From positions 4,154,001 to 4,218,000 of the forward strand of contig OX597827.1 in the NCBI GenBank assembly GCA_951406725.2: a DNA stretch of 64,000 bases. Direction: 5' to 3'. This document shows, piece after piece, positions 42,213-55,232 of this stretch. Below the pieces are notes generated by a model. It had not been told where the DNA came from and made no database searches. It saw only the letters and a program-made list of their open reading frames with translations. The position numbers and the translations under genes were made by a program. How positions within the stretch are numbered: the first letter of the stretch is position 1; each line of letters opens with the position of its first letter. This stretch comes from Octopus vulgaris. Its lineage: Eukaryota.

Positions 42213-42872
42213 TACATATGTGTTCAGATGTCCAAATTGAAGAAAGAGTACAAAATACACATGTTATAGATCATTTATTCATTCAAAAGATTGTTACATG
42301 AAGTTGCACAATATTTGCGATTCTGGTGTGGATTGTTATTTTTAGTAAATCATGCACACACATGTATGTTATACACATTTATGTGTGTATATATATAAAT
42401 ATACATACATACATACATACATACATACATACATACATACATAAATACATACATACTATACATACATACATACATACATACATACATACATACGTATGTG
42501 TGTGGAAATATAAGAACATATCTGATGTCTGGACACCATAGAAAGCTTGATCCTCATGAAGTGTATCAAATGAAGACCACCTACTATCAGCTATCCATCT
42601 CCATTTTTTAAAACAGAGTTACAGACCAGAACCCACAGCTGAAAGTGCTCAACAGGGAATCTAACTTGTTTTACAGATTTGCATGGATGAATGCTTATGA
42701 TTATTCCATATACATAAATATATATTTGTGTGTGTGTGTGTGTGTGTGTGCATGTATGTGTGTGTGGGCGCCTGTGCATGTGTATGTGTGTATTCATATA
42801 TATATATATATATATTTAAATATATAAATATTAAGTATATATATATATATATATTAAACACACACACACATA

Positions 42873-42918
<46 letters not shown>

Positions 42919-43020
42919 CACAGGAGTCACTGTGTGGTAAGAAGTTTGCGTGGCACCTTCTAATATAGACTCAAGCATAGAGAGTAGATTTGGTAGGCAG
43001 AAACTGAAAGAAGTCTGTCG

Positions 43021-43059
<39 letters not shown>

Positions 43060-43275
43060 TGTGATTTTGTGTTTGTCCCAACACCAGCAGTTGACAATCG
43101 ATGCTGGTGTGTTTACATACCAGTAATTTAGCTGTTTGACAAAAGAGACCAATGGAATAATTAGTGAGGTCGATTAGCTTGACTAAAGGTGGTGCTCTAG
43201 CATGACTACAGTCAAATGACTGATACAAATAAAAGAATAAAAGGATATATATATAAATCTTATGCAGACACTTAC

Positions 43276-43318
<43 letters not shown>

Positions 43319-43357
43319 CATGTATGATCAAAATACGTAACAGGATTTCAAGCAGTA

Positions 43358-43445
43358 ATGCAGTACGACCGTTTCAAGCAGCTCTGTTTAATTGAACAAT
43401 GCAATCATAACATCAATTTAAATACAGTGCTATCTTCAGCTGCAC
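43358..43445 (-). ncRNA. Type I hammerhead ribozyme motif (Penelope-like element type)
   Basis: Minus strand GTGCAG-CTGAAGA-[long stem II]-GAAAC-GGTC-GTA|CTGCAT. Core CUGANGA/GAAA/NUH is present, stem I is TGCAG/CTGCA and stem III is near-palindromic (ACGGTCGT). Confidence 0.7.
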
Positions 43446-43646
43446 AAATATGGATTTTCGACAGACAAGATATATTGATATAATTTTTCTTATATGAGGG
43501 CAGCTGCATCGAACTCTCTCATGCACCAGGTGGTGGTTGCTAAAAGGCATTCGTGAGGTAAAATCATGTAGCAAACCAAATGGCGGTGCCCCAGCATGGC
43601 CACAGCTCATTAGCTGAAACTGGAAAAATCAAAATCAAAATCAAAT

Positions 43647-43784
<138 letters not shown>

Positions 43785-43943
43785 ATCGGAATCCAGAGGC
43801 TACCTCGAAAAATATATATATATCTGTAAATGAAATATGTGATGGCTACCGAATAATTGTCACATATTGCATTTACAGATAAATTCCCTCCATTTACATA
43901 ATATCAAGGTCTCTTTCTTTCTTTTTTGTTATCATTTTTACTG

Positions 43944-44028
<85 letters not shown>

Positions 44029-44095
44029 ATATATATATAAATTATCCATATATATATATATTTATACACACACACACATATATATGTAGATATAT

Positions 44096-44126
<31 letters not shown>

Positions 44127-44880
44127 GTGCATGACCTGGCAATTTACATGAGCAATGATGCATTTTTACAAGTGCATATTACCAATTGTGTAATAAAATG
44201 CAGATGGCTGGCTGGCTGGATCCTCCAAACTTTCATAACAAGAGGAAAAGAGACATTGATGATCCTTTGGAGGACATGCATTCTCAGCCGCTTAGGCTAT
44301 CGCTTCCAAATCTGGTCACCACACAATAAAAAATCCTCAGCGGAACTTGAAGCAATCCACGAAGCTACACTAAGAAAATCATTTCGATGCAACATCTCAG
44401 CTACTGGGAAAAACTTAAAATTAAAATCCTTCTCCCACGAATGAAGGCAGGAGAGGTATGCAGTGATATCCATCAGGAAAATCCTAGAAGGCCTTGGAAG
44501 TTACTCAAACTGCAGATCGAGGTGCCTCTGCATACTGCCAAATATCCCACTGCCATCAAAATTCAGGAAAAGATACTGCAACAGCATGGGATTCAAGGGC
44601 CCAAAGCTCTTTAATATCCTTCCAAAATGCCTGGGAGACCTGCATGGTATGGATGTAAGTGTCTTTAAGACAAAACTGGATCTCTTCTTGATACGGGTTC
44701 CAGGTGAGCCTACTTCCCATCAGGAAACACAGATGAGGGCAGCAGCATCAAACTCCGTCATTGACCAAATGCCACATATCAGGGGAGGTTCCAAATAATG
44801 GTGTAGCTCAGTCAACGGTGGTGCTCCAGCATGACCACAACTTAGCTGCTGAAACATTTTAAAATAGTTAAAATAGTTAA
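44127..44880 (+). mobile_element. CR1/L2-group LINE 3' fragment
   Basis: [38 protein letters not shown]...GPKLFNILPKCL..VFKTKLDLFL, then a 3' UTR ending in (TTAAAATAG)n. Confidence 0.75.
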
Positions 44881-44898
44881 TTATATATATATATAGGC

Positions 44899-45611
44899 TT
44901 AGCGGCAGGTATACATTGCCAAGAGTGAAGCGGAAAAGAGGTTCGCCAATGTCCAACGACACGAGGACCAAAGAACTGAGGTATTTTGGATTGCAAGACA
45001 GTGTGTGAGAGAAAATTGTGATGTCACAAGAGAGAAATGTGTCTGAATGGATGATGGTGCACTTACTTTTAATGATTCTGAAAAGAAAGGCTTGGAGAAG
45101 CCATTATGAAAGATTGCTGAATGTGGAGAATGAATGGGAGGAGGAGAGGCTGCCAAATGTTGACCCAGAAAAGGGACCAGCTATCCCGATAGACAGTAGA
45201 TAAAGCGATTAGGGGTATGAAGCCAGGAAAAATCCCCAGCCCATCAGGAATCACTGCTGAGATGCTTAAAACAGCTGGGTGTGTGGGCTATGGCCTAATC
45301 ACCTGCATTTTAAATCAGGTAGTTCATGATGGAGTCATACCCAATGACTGACATAGCAGCACAATAGTCAACTGCTACAAAGGTAAAGGGGATACACTAG
45401 ATAGAAATAACTACAGGGGTATTAAACTGTTGGATCAGGTGATGAAGATCACAGAGAGGGTCATAGCCCATCTCGTTAGGAAGAGAGTCTTCTTAGATGA
45501 GATGCAGTTTGGTTTTGTACCGTGTAGAAGCACCACTGATGCCATATTCCTGGTTTGACAACTGCAGAAGAAATACCTAGCTAAAGATAAACCCCTATAT
45601 TTAGCTTTTGT
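44899..45611 (+). mobile_element. RTE-clade LINE reverse transcriptase fragment
   Basis: WRSHYERLLNVENEW...GITAEMLK...YKGKGDTLDRNNYRGIKLLDQVMKITERVI...QFGFVPCRSTTDAIF, with stops and frameshifts. Confidence 0.85.
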
Positions 45612-45822
45612 ATATATACATATATATACAATGAGCTTCGTTTCAATTTCCATCTACCAAATCCACTCACAAGACGTTGGTCGGCTCGAGGCTTTAGGAG
45701 AAGACACTTGCCAAAAGCGCCATGCAATGGGACTGAACCTGGAACCATGTGGTTAGTAAGCAAGCTACTTACCACAGAGCCACTCCTGTAATATATATTA
45801 TATATATATATGTAAATATCAT

Positions 45823-45857
<35 letters not shown>

Positions 45858-47169
45858 AATATTATACACATATATATATATACATAAATACACACACACA
45901 TACACAAGCACACACATACATATATACATGTGTGTATGTATATATATACATGTATATATATATATATACATATATATATATGTATATGTAAAAAAAATAC
46001 AAACTGGAACAAGAACGCAAAACATTTAGAAGACGATACAAAAAACACGGACGGGACATTCAAAGCCTTCAATCTTCAGTCAAGAACCGGATCATCCTCG
46101 CAATTTCGGCTGATATATAAACATATATATATATAGAGAGAGATATATACACATGTATACATGTAAATTTCTACATGTAGCTGTATGGATGTGCATATGT
46201 TTCACTGTTTATCCTCTGATACATACCTATACACATGCTTGTTTTATATATTTGTATTATTTGTATTAATGCTAATTCTTCTAGACATTTTTATACAAAT
46301 ATATATATATACACACACACACATATATATACACTCCTGTAAGTATATATATATGTGCTAATATATGATTTATATTATGTGTGTGTATGCATGCACACTT
46401 GTCTTCCCAACTTTCAAACATTTATCTCAAATTTCTGTATTTTAGCACCATTGTTAGAAATCGTCTTCATCATTATCATCATTATTACCATCATCATAAT
46501 TCTTGTCATCATTCTCAACATCAATGCTGTCGTAATGATCATCAGCATCATCATCATCTTCACCGTCATCATTATTCATCGTCAACATTGTCATAGTCAT
46601 CATCAACATTACCACTACCACCACCACCACCACCATTATCATCATCATCATCATCATCATCATTAATGTTGTTTTGAAACTTGAAGGAACATGTGGCCTG
46701 AGTCTCTTAACATTTAACAAATATAAAAAGAAAAATAAACAAAAGCCAAAAAAAAAATCGAAAAAAAAAATAAATAAAAAAATAAATCAATAACCACAGA
46801 ATGATATCAATAACGAATCGATAGGAGAAGTGCTCTCATCGGAGAGATATTCCCAAGCTATGGGAGAGTGGGGGTTAGGATATGTCACAGGGGGAATCTC
46901 TCTAATTGAGAACTATTTTTAACAGTTCTCCTAAGATACATTTCTCCTTTGGTTCAGACATCAGTGGTTGCGGTGAGAGTTACTAATGTTTAAGGGAGAT
47001 AACTGAAATCTCTTGAGAGCATGTGTTCTTTCATATGTCTGTCTGTCTATGTGCGTATATATTTATGTGTATGAGTGTATATGTGCATGCATACATGCAT
47101 GTGTGTGTATGTGTGTGTGAGATAGAGGAAGAGAGAGAGGGTTCAGGTACAAATTGTATATATACATAA

Positions 47170-47189
<20 letters not shown>

Positions 47190-47205
<16 letters not shown>

Positions 47206-47407
47206 ACATGAGTGTGTATGTGTATATATGTGTATATATATATATATGTATACATGAGTGTGTATGATATATATATATATATATATATATATGATTATGA
47301 TATATATATATATATGTATATAAAAAAAATATATTTTATATATATTATAATATGTGTATATATGTGTTATATATATATATATATGTATACATGAGTGTGT
47401 ATGTGTA

Positions 47408-47438
<31 letters not shown>

Positions 47439-47509
47439 GTATACATGAGTGCGTATGTGTATATATGTGTATATATATATATATATGTATACATGAGTGT
47501 GTATGTGTA

Positions 47510-47540
<31 letters not shown>

Positions 47541-47563
47541 GTATACATGAGTGCGTATGTGTA

Positions 47564-47600
<37 letters not shown>
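47190..47600. repeat. Minisatellite, ~50-58-bp unit ATGTATACATGAGTGYGTATGTGTATATATGTG(TA)n, ~6 copies
   Basis: Direct inspection. Confidence 0.75.
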
Positions 47601-47605
<5 letters not shown>

Positions 47606-47714
47606 ATATATATTCATATATGTATATCTATATGTATATCTATATGTATATAGAGATACACACACACACATACATACACATGCACATATATTCATATAAG
47701 CACCTCTGTGTGTA

Positions 47715-47746
<32 letters not shown>

Positions 47747-48461
47747 ATCACAATTTTGTATGCACACACACCACATATATCTGTATGTATTTGAGTGTGC
47801 ATTTATTACCTGTGAATATATATGAATGTGTATGTGTTTCTGTGTGTGTGTGTGTGTGTGTATGATAGAGGAATGAGTGCCTATGTGTGTGTGTGTGTGT
47901 GTGTGTGTGGAGCAGAAAATTGTAAATCCAAGAGAATTTCACTTAGAAAATGGATTGTTAAAGATGAATTTATAATCTCAATTCCTCACTCAGTAGCAGG
48001 AAGTAAGCTAAGGAGGGGGGTCGACATTTGCCTCAAGGGCAAAAGATTCTTTAACATGCGACAATAAAGAAGACAAAGGGTCATGCGATAGTAAATCTCT
48101 TTTTGATTCCATTTCGTACTTCTGAAGTTGTTGTTGTTGTTATTGTTATTGTTGATGTTGAAGTTGTATCGGTGTTGATGTGGTAACTGCTGTTGTTGTT
48201 ATTATTGTTTTTGTTGTTGTAGTTGTTGTTGTTGTTCTTGTCCTTACTCATGCTATTGCTGTTCTTGTCATTGCTGTTGTTATTGTCATCGTTATTGTTG
48301 TTGTTATTGCTGTAGTATTACTGTTGATACTGTTTCTCCTCTTACTGTTATCGCTGTTGTTATTGATGTTGTTCCCTACTGTTATCATCTTGTTAGTTTT
48401 GTTGTTGTTGGAGCTGTGGTTGTTGTTGTTAATGTTGTTACTGTTATTGTTGCTGTTACTC

Positions 48462-49094
48462 CTTTACTCTTTTACTTGTTTCAGTCATTTTGACTGCGGC
48501 CATGCTGGAGCACCACCTTTACTCGTGCAAATCGACCCCAGGACTTATTCTTTGTAAGCCTAGTACTTATTCTATCGGTCTTTTTTGCCGAACCGCTAAG
48601 TTACGGGGACGTAAACACACCAGCATCGGTTGAGGTGACAAACACAGACACACAAGCACAAACTCCCACACGCACACATATATATATACATATATATAAT
48701 GTGACCGCATGTGTACCGTTGGCGATTTTTTTCCTCCGTCTTCCTTTCTCTGGATCTTTCCTTTTCCTATGTTTCTGATGAAGAGCTCCACTCGAAACAT
48801 AAAACTTTCCTTCTTCCCTTCCTTCCTGAGCATCCAATAACACTATATTTGTTCTACGTCCTCGCGTTGTTGTGTTTTCTCTTTGTGCTTTCATGTTTGG
48901 ATTAACTTTATATATATACGTATACATATATACATATACTTATACATATATACGATGGGCTTCTTTCAGTTTCCGTCTACCAAATCCACTCACAAGGCTT
49001 TGGTCGGCCCGAGGCTATAGTACAAGACACTTGCCCAAGGTGCCAGGCAGTAGGACTGTACCCAGAACCATGTGGTTGGTAAGCAAGCTACTTA
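48462..49094 (-). mobile_element. SINE family A carrying the nested Penelope-like fragment
   Basis: Tail at 48462-48630, head at 48950-49094. Confidence 0.8.
48701..48908 (+). mobile_element. Penelope-like element terminal fragment with minimal hammerhead (48771-48805), nested in a SINE
   Basis: GTTT-CTGATGA-A-GAG-CTCCA-CTC-GAAAC-ATA-AAAC followed by a T-rich tail. Flanked by (TA)n inside a minus-strand SINE. Confidence 0.55.
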
Positions 49095-49339
49095 CCACAC
49101 AGCCACTCCTGCGCCTGTTGTTATACTTATTGTTGTTGTCATTACTGCTAACAACCTATCGTTATTATAGTTACTGTTGTTATTCTTATTCTTGTGATCA
49201 TTATTGCTTTTGTCTTTATGCTTTTTTATTGTAGTTCATGGTTCTGTTTAGCCCCAGGTCACCGTCTGTTCACATGTATGAAATGCTACATTCCCCATGT
49301 TCTCTCATTATTACACATGTCATTATTTCTAGCAAGTTA

Positions 49340-49990
49340 ATGGCAGTGACCTGGTAGAATTGCTAGCATACTGGGCAAAATGCTTAGCAGTATTTCGCCT
49401 GTCCTTATGCCAAGGTCGATTTTGCCTTTCATCCTTTTGGAGTTGATAAATTAAGTACCAGTCAAGTTCTAGGGTCTATGTGATTGATTATACCCTTCCC
49501 CACAAATTCCAAGCCTTATGCCTATAACGGAAAGGATTATTATGCATGGCATTATTTCTCGTAAATTAAAGGTGGTGAGCTGGCAGAATCGTTAGCATGC
49601 TGAGCAACATTTTGTCTGTCTTTATTTTCTGAGTTCAAATTCCACTGAAGTCGACTTTGCCTTTCATTTTTTTCAGAGTCAATAAAATAAGTAACAGTTG
49701 AGTACTGGGGTTGATTGAATTAACTTACCCACACCCAAATTGCTGGCCTTGTACCAAAATTTGAAAACATTATTTCTAGCAAGTTAAGGCAGTGAGTCAG
49801 CAGAATCATTAGCATGCCAGACAAAATGCTGCTAAGCATTACATTCTGAGTTCAAATTCCACTGAGGTCAACTTTCTCTTTCATCTTTTCGGGCTGATGG
49901 AATAAGTATAAGTTGAGCACTGGGGGTTGATATAATTGACTAGACCCCCGGCCCCAAAATTCCAGATCTTGTACCTATTGTAGAAAGAAT
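49340..49990 (+). mobile_element. Three tandem SINE family B copies
   Basis: Heads at ~49340, ~49570 and ~49786. Confidence 0.75.
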
Positions 49991-51672
49991 CAATGACCAT
50001 TTAGAAGCAGCCTTGTTCGTTCACTATTGGTGTTGTTATTGTTGTTGTTGTTGTTGTAGCAGGTAGCATCATTGTTGTCATTGATTTTGTTGTTTTAAAA
50101 ATATATCACATTTAACTAAATCCTATAATCAACTTTCTAATCCAATGGCAACAACAACAACAGCAGCAGTAGCAACAACCACAACAATAACAGCAGCAAC
50201 AACAACAGCAACATGAACAAAAGCAGCAACAACAACAACAACAACAACAATAATGATGATGAAGACGAGACAAGAATGGCAACATAAACAAGAACAACAT
50301 CTAAGGACAGGAAAAATAATAAGATCGGTTTTATATCTGCGGGTTTTCTTCAGCGAATTGTTTTGCCAATTTGATCAATTTTTAATCAGAATTACATTTC
50401 AGAATTTCTAATGAAAGTATCTATTACTATAATATTCAATTATAAAAGAGATCACAGATGGAAAACAAGAATTAAGAAATAGCTGGATATTTATTAGCTA
50501 CTTTCCCAATAAGAGGAATGCTGTGTGTATGTATGTATGTGTGCTTTCTGTATTATATCTCCTCTGTGTGTTTGTAAGTGTGTATGTGTGTGTGTGATCT
50601 GAATATCTTCTGAGCGTAAGCTGTCTGTTCTGTCTGTGCATATATATGCGTGTATAGTAGAGGGGTGTGATTGCAAGTTTCTCCCTCTCTGAAATGTAAT
50701 TTAATGATAAACTGTCCTGTAAAGATATGCCGCAAAGGCTAGTATACACTTCATGGCACAAAATTAGATATTAAAAGGAAAAATAAAGCAGTGATGGTCG
50801 AAGTTGGAGGCAAAGAGAAGGATTAAGTAGAAGAAAACCAAGAATGAAATGGCATATATCATGTTTAACAAAGTGAAACACAATTCTTTCCATTGAGAGA
50901 GATATAAGTTTGCTATTCACATCTTGAAATTTTATTAGATATTTGCAGGCAAACCTAATTTATAAGCTTTTGCTTTCAAGCCATGTAATTCTGGTTTCAA
51001 ATTAAATATCATAATTGGAGGACTGAAACCAATTTTAGAATCAACTTATATTTATTAGTGTGTTTTGACTGCTGAAGATTTTATCTTTGCTTCTTCTTTC
51101 ATTTTCTCTCTCTCCTCCCTCCCTCCATTTCTCTCTCTCTCTCTTTCTTTCTTTCTCTCTCTTTCTCCATCTCTGTCTTTCTTTTAGTGTGTGTATGTAT
51201 GTGTGTGTGTGTGTATGTGTGTGTTTGTGTATGTCTGTGTGCAATAATAATAGCACTAGGCATCAGTGTCCATTGAATGTCCAAAGTCTATAACTGTCTA
51301 CTTTTGCTATCTTTTGACTATTCATGGATGTTTCAGAAACAGAAACTAAAATTTAAACCAAATGACATAATTTGAATATAGTTTTAAATAATTAAATAAA
51401 TAAATAAATAATAAAAGAAAAAGGATAAAAAAAAGGAATAACGAAAATAGAAACAATTATACAAAAAAAAAAACAAGTTGAATTTAAAATTACCAAGACA
51501 TTTTTAGTTTGTTTTATTTGTTTATTTCATTTGCTTTTAGTTCATAACTCACCACGGCAGCATCCGCATGATCAGTCTTCCTGATAGAAATAGCAAGGAA
51601 ATCTTCCTCAAATTGCTGTACTTTATTTTCTTCGTAACGATGGAATATATTGAGTAGTATACTCTTAGTTGT

Positions 51673-52008
51673 GAAGGTGCACGGCTCAGTGGTTAGAGCG
51701 TCGAGCTTACGATCGTGAGGTTGTGAGCTCAAATCCTGGACCGGGTTGTGTGTTGTGTTCTTGAGCAAGACACTTTATTCCACGTTGCTCCAGTTCCCTC
51801 AGCTGTAGAAATGAGTTGCACCATCAAAGGTGCCAAACTGTATCGGCCTTTGCCTTTCTCTTGGATAACATTGGTGGCATGGAGAGGGGAGGCCGGTATG
51901 CATGGGCGACTGCTGGTCTTCCATAAACAGCTTTGCCTAGACTTGTGCCTAGGAGAGTAATCTTCTAGGTGCAATCCCTTGGTCTGTGTCATGACCGAAG
52001 GGGGTCTC
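51673..52008 (+). mobile_element. tRNA-derived SINE (family D-related head, different 3' part)
   Basis: GGCTCAGTGGTTAGAGCGTCG...TCAAATCCTGGACCGGG...TGTGTTCTTGAGCAAGACACTTT. Confidence 0.7.
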
Positions 52009-53932
52009 AGAATAGTCTTACACAATGCTCTTAAGTGAAGGATAGGACAGTCTTGACTTGAATGGCTTTGAACATAGGTCTGTTTGATCAAGTCTCACCC
52101 TAGGCTAAACAACAATAGCACTGCCAACAATAACAACAGGCTCAATCTATGGAAGAGCCTCTTTGGGAGCTGCTAGCTTGTGAGAAATAGTAGCCAAATT
52201 TCTCTGAAGTCACATTTTGCTTATTAAAAATATAAATGACATACAAAAGTGTATTCCTGGATATTTTATATCTTACAAAAAAGAAAAGGAAAAGAAAAAA
52301 TGGACAAGACAGTTATGGCTAGAATACCATTGCTTGTAAGTCTGCTTCATCATGGTTTCTTTTATTCTTGTTGATTCCACAGAGTGGTGTTGAGAGGTGA
52401 AAAAGCACCTTTCTTGGCCCCTTCAAAGTAACTGATAATGCAAGAGAAAGGGAGAGAGACCAAGGAGAAATAAACTCTTATAGTACATGATTGGTAAGCA
52501 AGGTACTTGATTTGATATTTTACCAATTCACAGCCTTGATCACTGAGCTGACCTGGTCGTTACATAACATCATCAACGACAACAACAACAACAACTAGCA
52601 CCATCACTGTTTGCTGAATAAAGTTGCCTTAGCTGCATTGCTAACACAGGATAAGGGAAAGCACAAAATGACAAGCTAACATAACATCGAAATCATCATC
52701 ACAATCATCATCATCTTTTGTTTTGAAATCCCAAATGTTTGCATGAGTCAGTAGAAATTCATTGAGGCAGATTTTCTATGACTAGATGCTCTTCCTGTCG
52801 CCAACACTTACTTGATTTCAAGCAATGGCTCTGCTAGTATGACAGCAGCATGTTTACAGTTAGCATGCAATGCCAAGATAAGGGGACATAAACACATGCA
52901 CACATACATACGTACACTCACACACACACATGCACACGCACACACACTCACACACACACACGCACACACACACATGTACACTGACATGCGCGTGCACAAC
53001 AAGCTTCTTTCAGTTTCTTATTTCTTTATTGCTCACAAAGGGCTAAACACAGAGGGGACAAACAAGGACAGACAAATGGATTAAGTCGATTATATCGACC
53101 CTAGTGCATAACTGGTACTTAATTTATGAAAGGTAAAGTTGACCTCGGTGGAATTTGAACTCAGAATGCAGTGGTAGACGAAATACCACAAAGCATTTCG
53201 CCTGGTGTGCTAATGTTTCTGCCAGGTCACCGCCTTAGCTTCTTTCAGTTTCTGTCTAGCAAATCCACTCACAAGGTTTTGGACGAACCTAGACTATAGT
53301 AGAAGTCACTTCCCAAAATGCCACTTAGTAGGACCAAATCCAAACCACATTGTTATGAAGGGAAATTCTTAAGCCACACATCCATGTCTGCATCAACATA
53401 TATTTCAGAAAATAAAAACAAATATAAACAAATCAGAATATAGAAATACGAAATTAACTTACTTGAATCCCATAAATTCTTTGCAATATTGACAAAGATA
53501 GAGAGAAGACACTTGGCTAGAATGGCTTCATCAATTGTCTGCAGCAAGAGAAGTAAATGGCAGACTTTTTCTACATCCATTTGAAGTTTGATGCTGAATC
53601 TAATCTTTCCAAAACTTGAAAATTTTGCAAATATTTTTGGAAAATTTCAAGAAATGTTTTTCTTTTCTTTTCTCTTTTTTCCAAGGAAAAACCAGAATTG
53701 CATATTTTAACTAGAATCCATACGCTTTTTAATGTTTCTGTTTGTTATGGATATGCTAACATAGATGACATATATAAAATACATTTTTATACGTTTCTAA
53801 TTGAAAAATATTGATCTCAAATATCTCATTCCAATTTAAATAACCCTCTGTAAATTAAAAATGGGAAAAAAAGTCACACACACACATACACACACACATA
53901 TATATTTGTATGTATATATATATATGTATACA

Positions 53933-53971
<39 letters not shown>

Positions 53972-54219
53972 CTTGCATGCATGTAAGCATGTATATATTT
54001 AATGACAAATATATCAAATATATAGTTTGTATGGAGGTGGTAAAGAGGAAAGAAGGAAGAGGAGAAAAGAAAAATATTTAAATGAAATTAATAATAATAA
54101 TAATAATAATAATAATTTGATAAGAAATTAGAATTTAGTGAAATTAGGAACAGAATCAATTTTGAAAATGATTGAAAATGCCCAAAACCTAAATAATATT
54201 ACTAATAATAATAATAATG

Positions 54220-54262
<43 letters not shown>

Positions 54263-54969
54263 TAATAGTAATAATAATAATAATAATAATGATAATAATA
54301 ATAATAATAATAATGAGACTGATAATAATTTTTTTATTAACCACAGCAATAGAATTATGACAATTATGATGATGAAGAGGATGAATGATAACGACTATGA
54401 TGATGATGATGATGATGATGATGATAATGGTGGTGTTGATGATGATGATGATGGTGTTGATGATGATGGCAACAATGTTGATGATGATGATGATGACAAT
54501 GATGATATGAAATAAATAATTAATGAATAATTATATTGAATCTTATAGCCTGTGGAAATTTCCATCTTTTCCTGGCACTTAATTAATGAGTTAAGAGTTT
54601 AATATTGTGAAGTTTTGAGATATTAATATGAAAAGTCAGGAAAAAAAATCCTTTCACTCTAATTGCATATGTGTAACTGGAACAGATTATATCCATACAA
54701 GAAGTCTGCAATGCATTTCTTTAAAGTCAGCAGGAAGTTATCTTCATACCTTATGCTTCGCTATGTCAAAATACATTAGAAATATTGGTTTTTAACGCTA
54801 TAATTCTTGTGGTTATTAGGTCTTAAAATGTTATATAGCATAATATCATTTATTATGTGTAGCAGCTGATTAATGGTGCTAGCTAATAAAAGTCCTAGCT
54901 GTTATAAAACTAACATTCATTTAGATTTGTGTTTGCGGGTAGGAAAAGCGTTCAAACAAAACTGGTTAT

Positions 54970-55232
54970 TCACGAAAATGGTACTTTCGGTAAAGGCTTA
55001 TTGTATGCTGTGAAACTATTCCGCATTGGTAAATTCCAGGTTGGAGGCATGTTAGCATTATCCACTTGAGTTGTTTTTAGATTTATAACATTATTGGTCT
55101 GACTAAACTGTTTAGGACTTGTTTGGTAAGAAGAACTAATGGCAAGATTGCTATTTCTAGGTCTGCTAAGAACTTGAGGTAAGGTTTTTCTGTCTGCATC
55201 TGGAGTCAGTTTAAGTTGGACACCTTTGACAC
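54970..55232 (-). CDS. Terminal coding exon, probably the cytoplasmic C-terminus of an upstream protocadherin
   Basis: Non-repetitive open frame (G)VKGVQLKLTPDADRKTLPQ...WNLPMRNSFTAYNKPLPKVPFS* preceded by a pyrimidine tract and acceptor TTTCCTTTTTATTTTTACAG| (phase 1). It is S/T/P/N-rich like a cytoplasmic tail, on the same strand as the protocadherin, with AATAAA at 54849-54854 after the stop. The protocadherin assignment is inferred from context and recalled similarity to octopus Pcdh tails. Confidence 0.65.
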
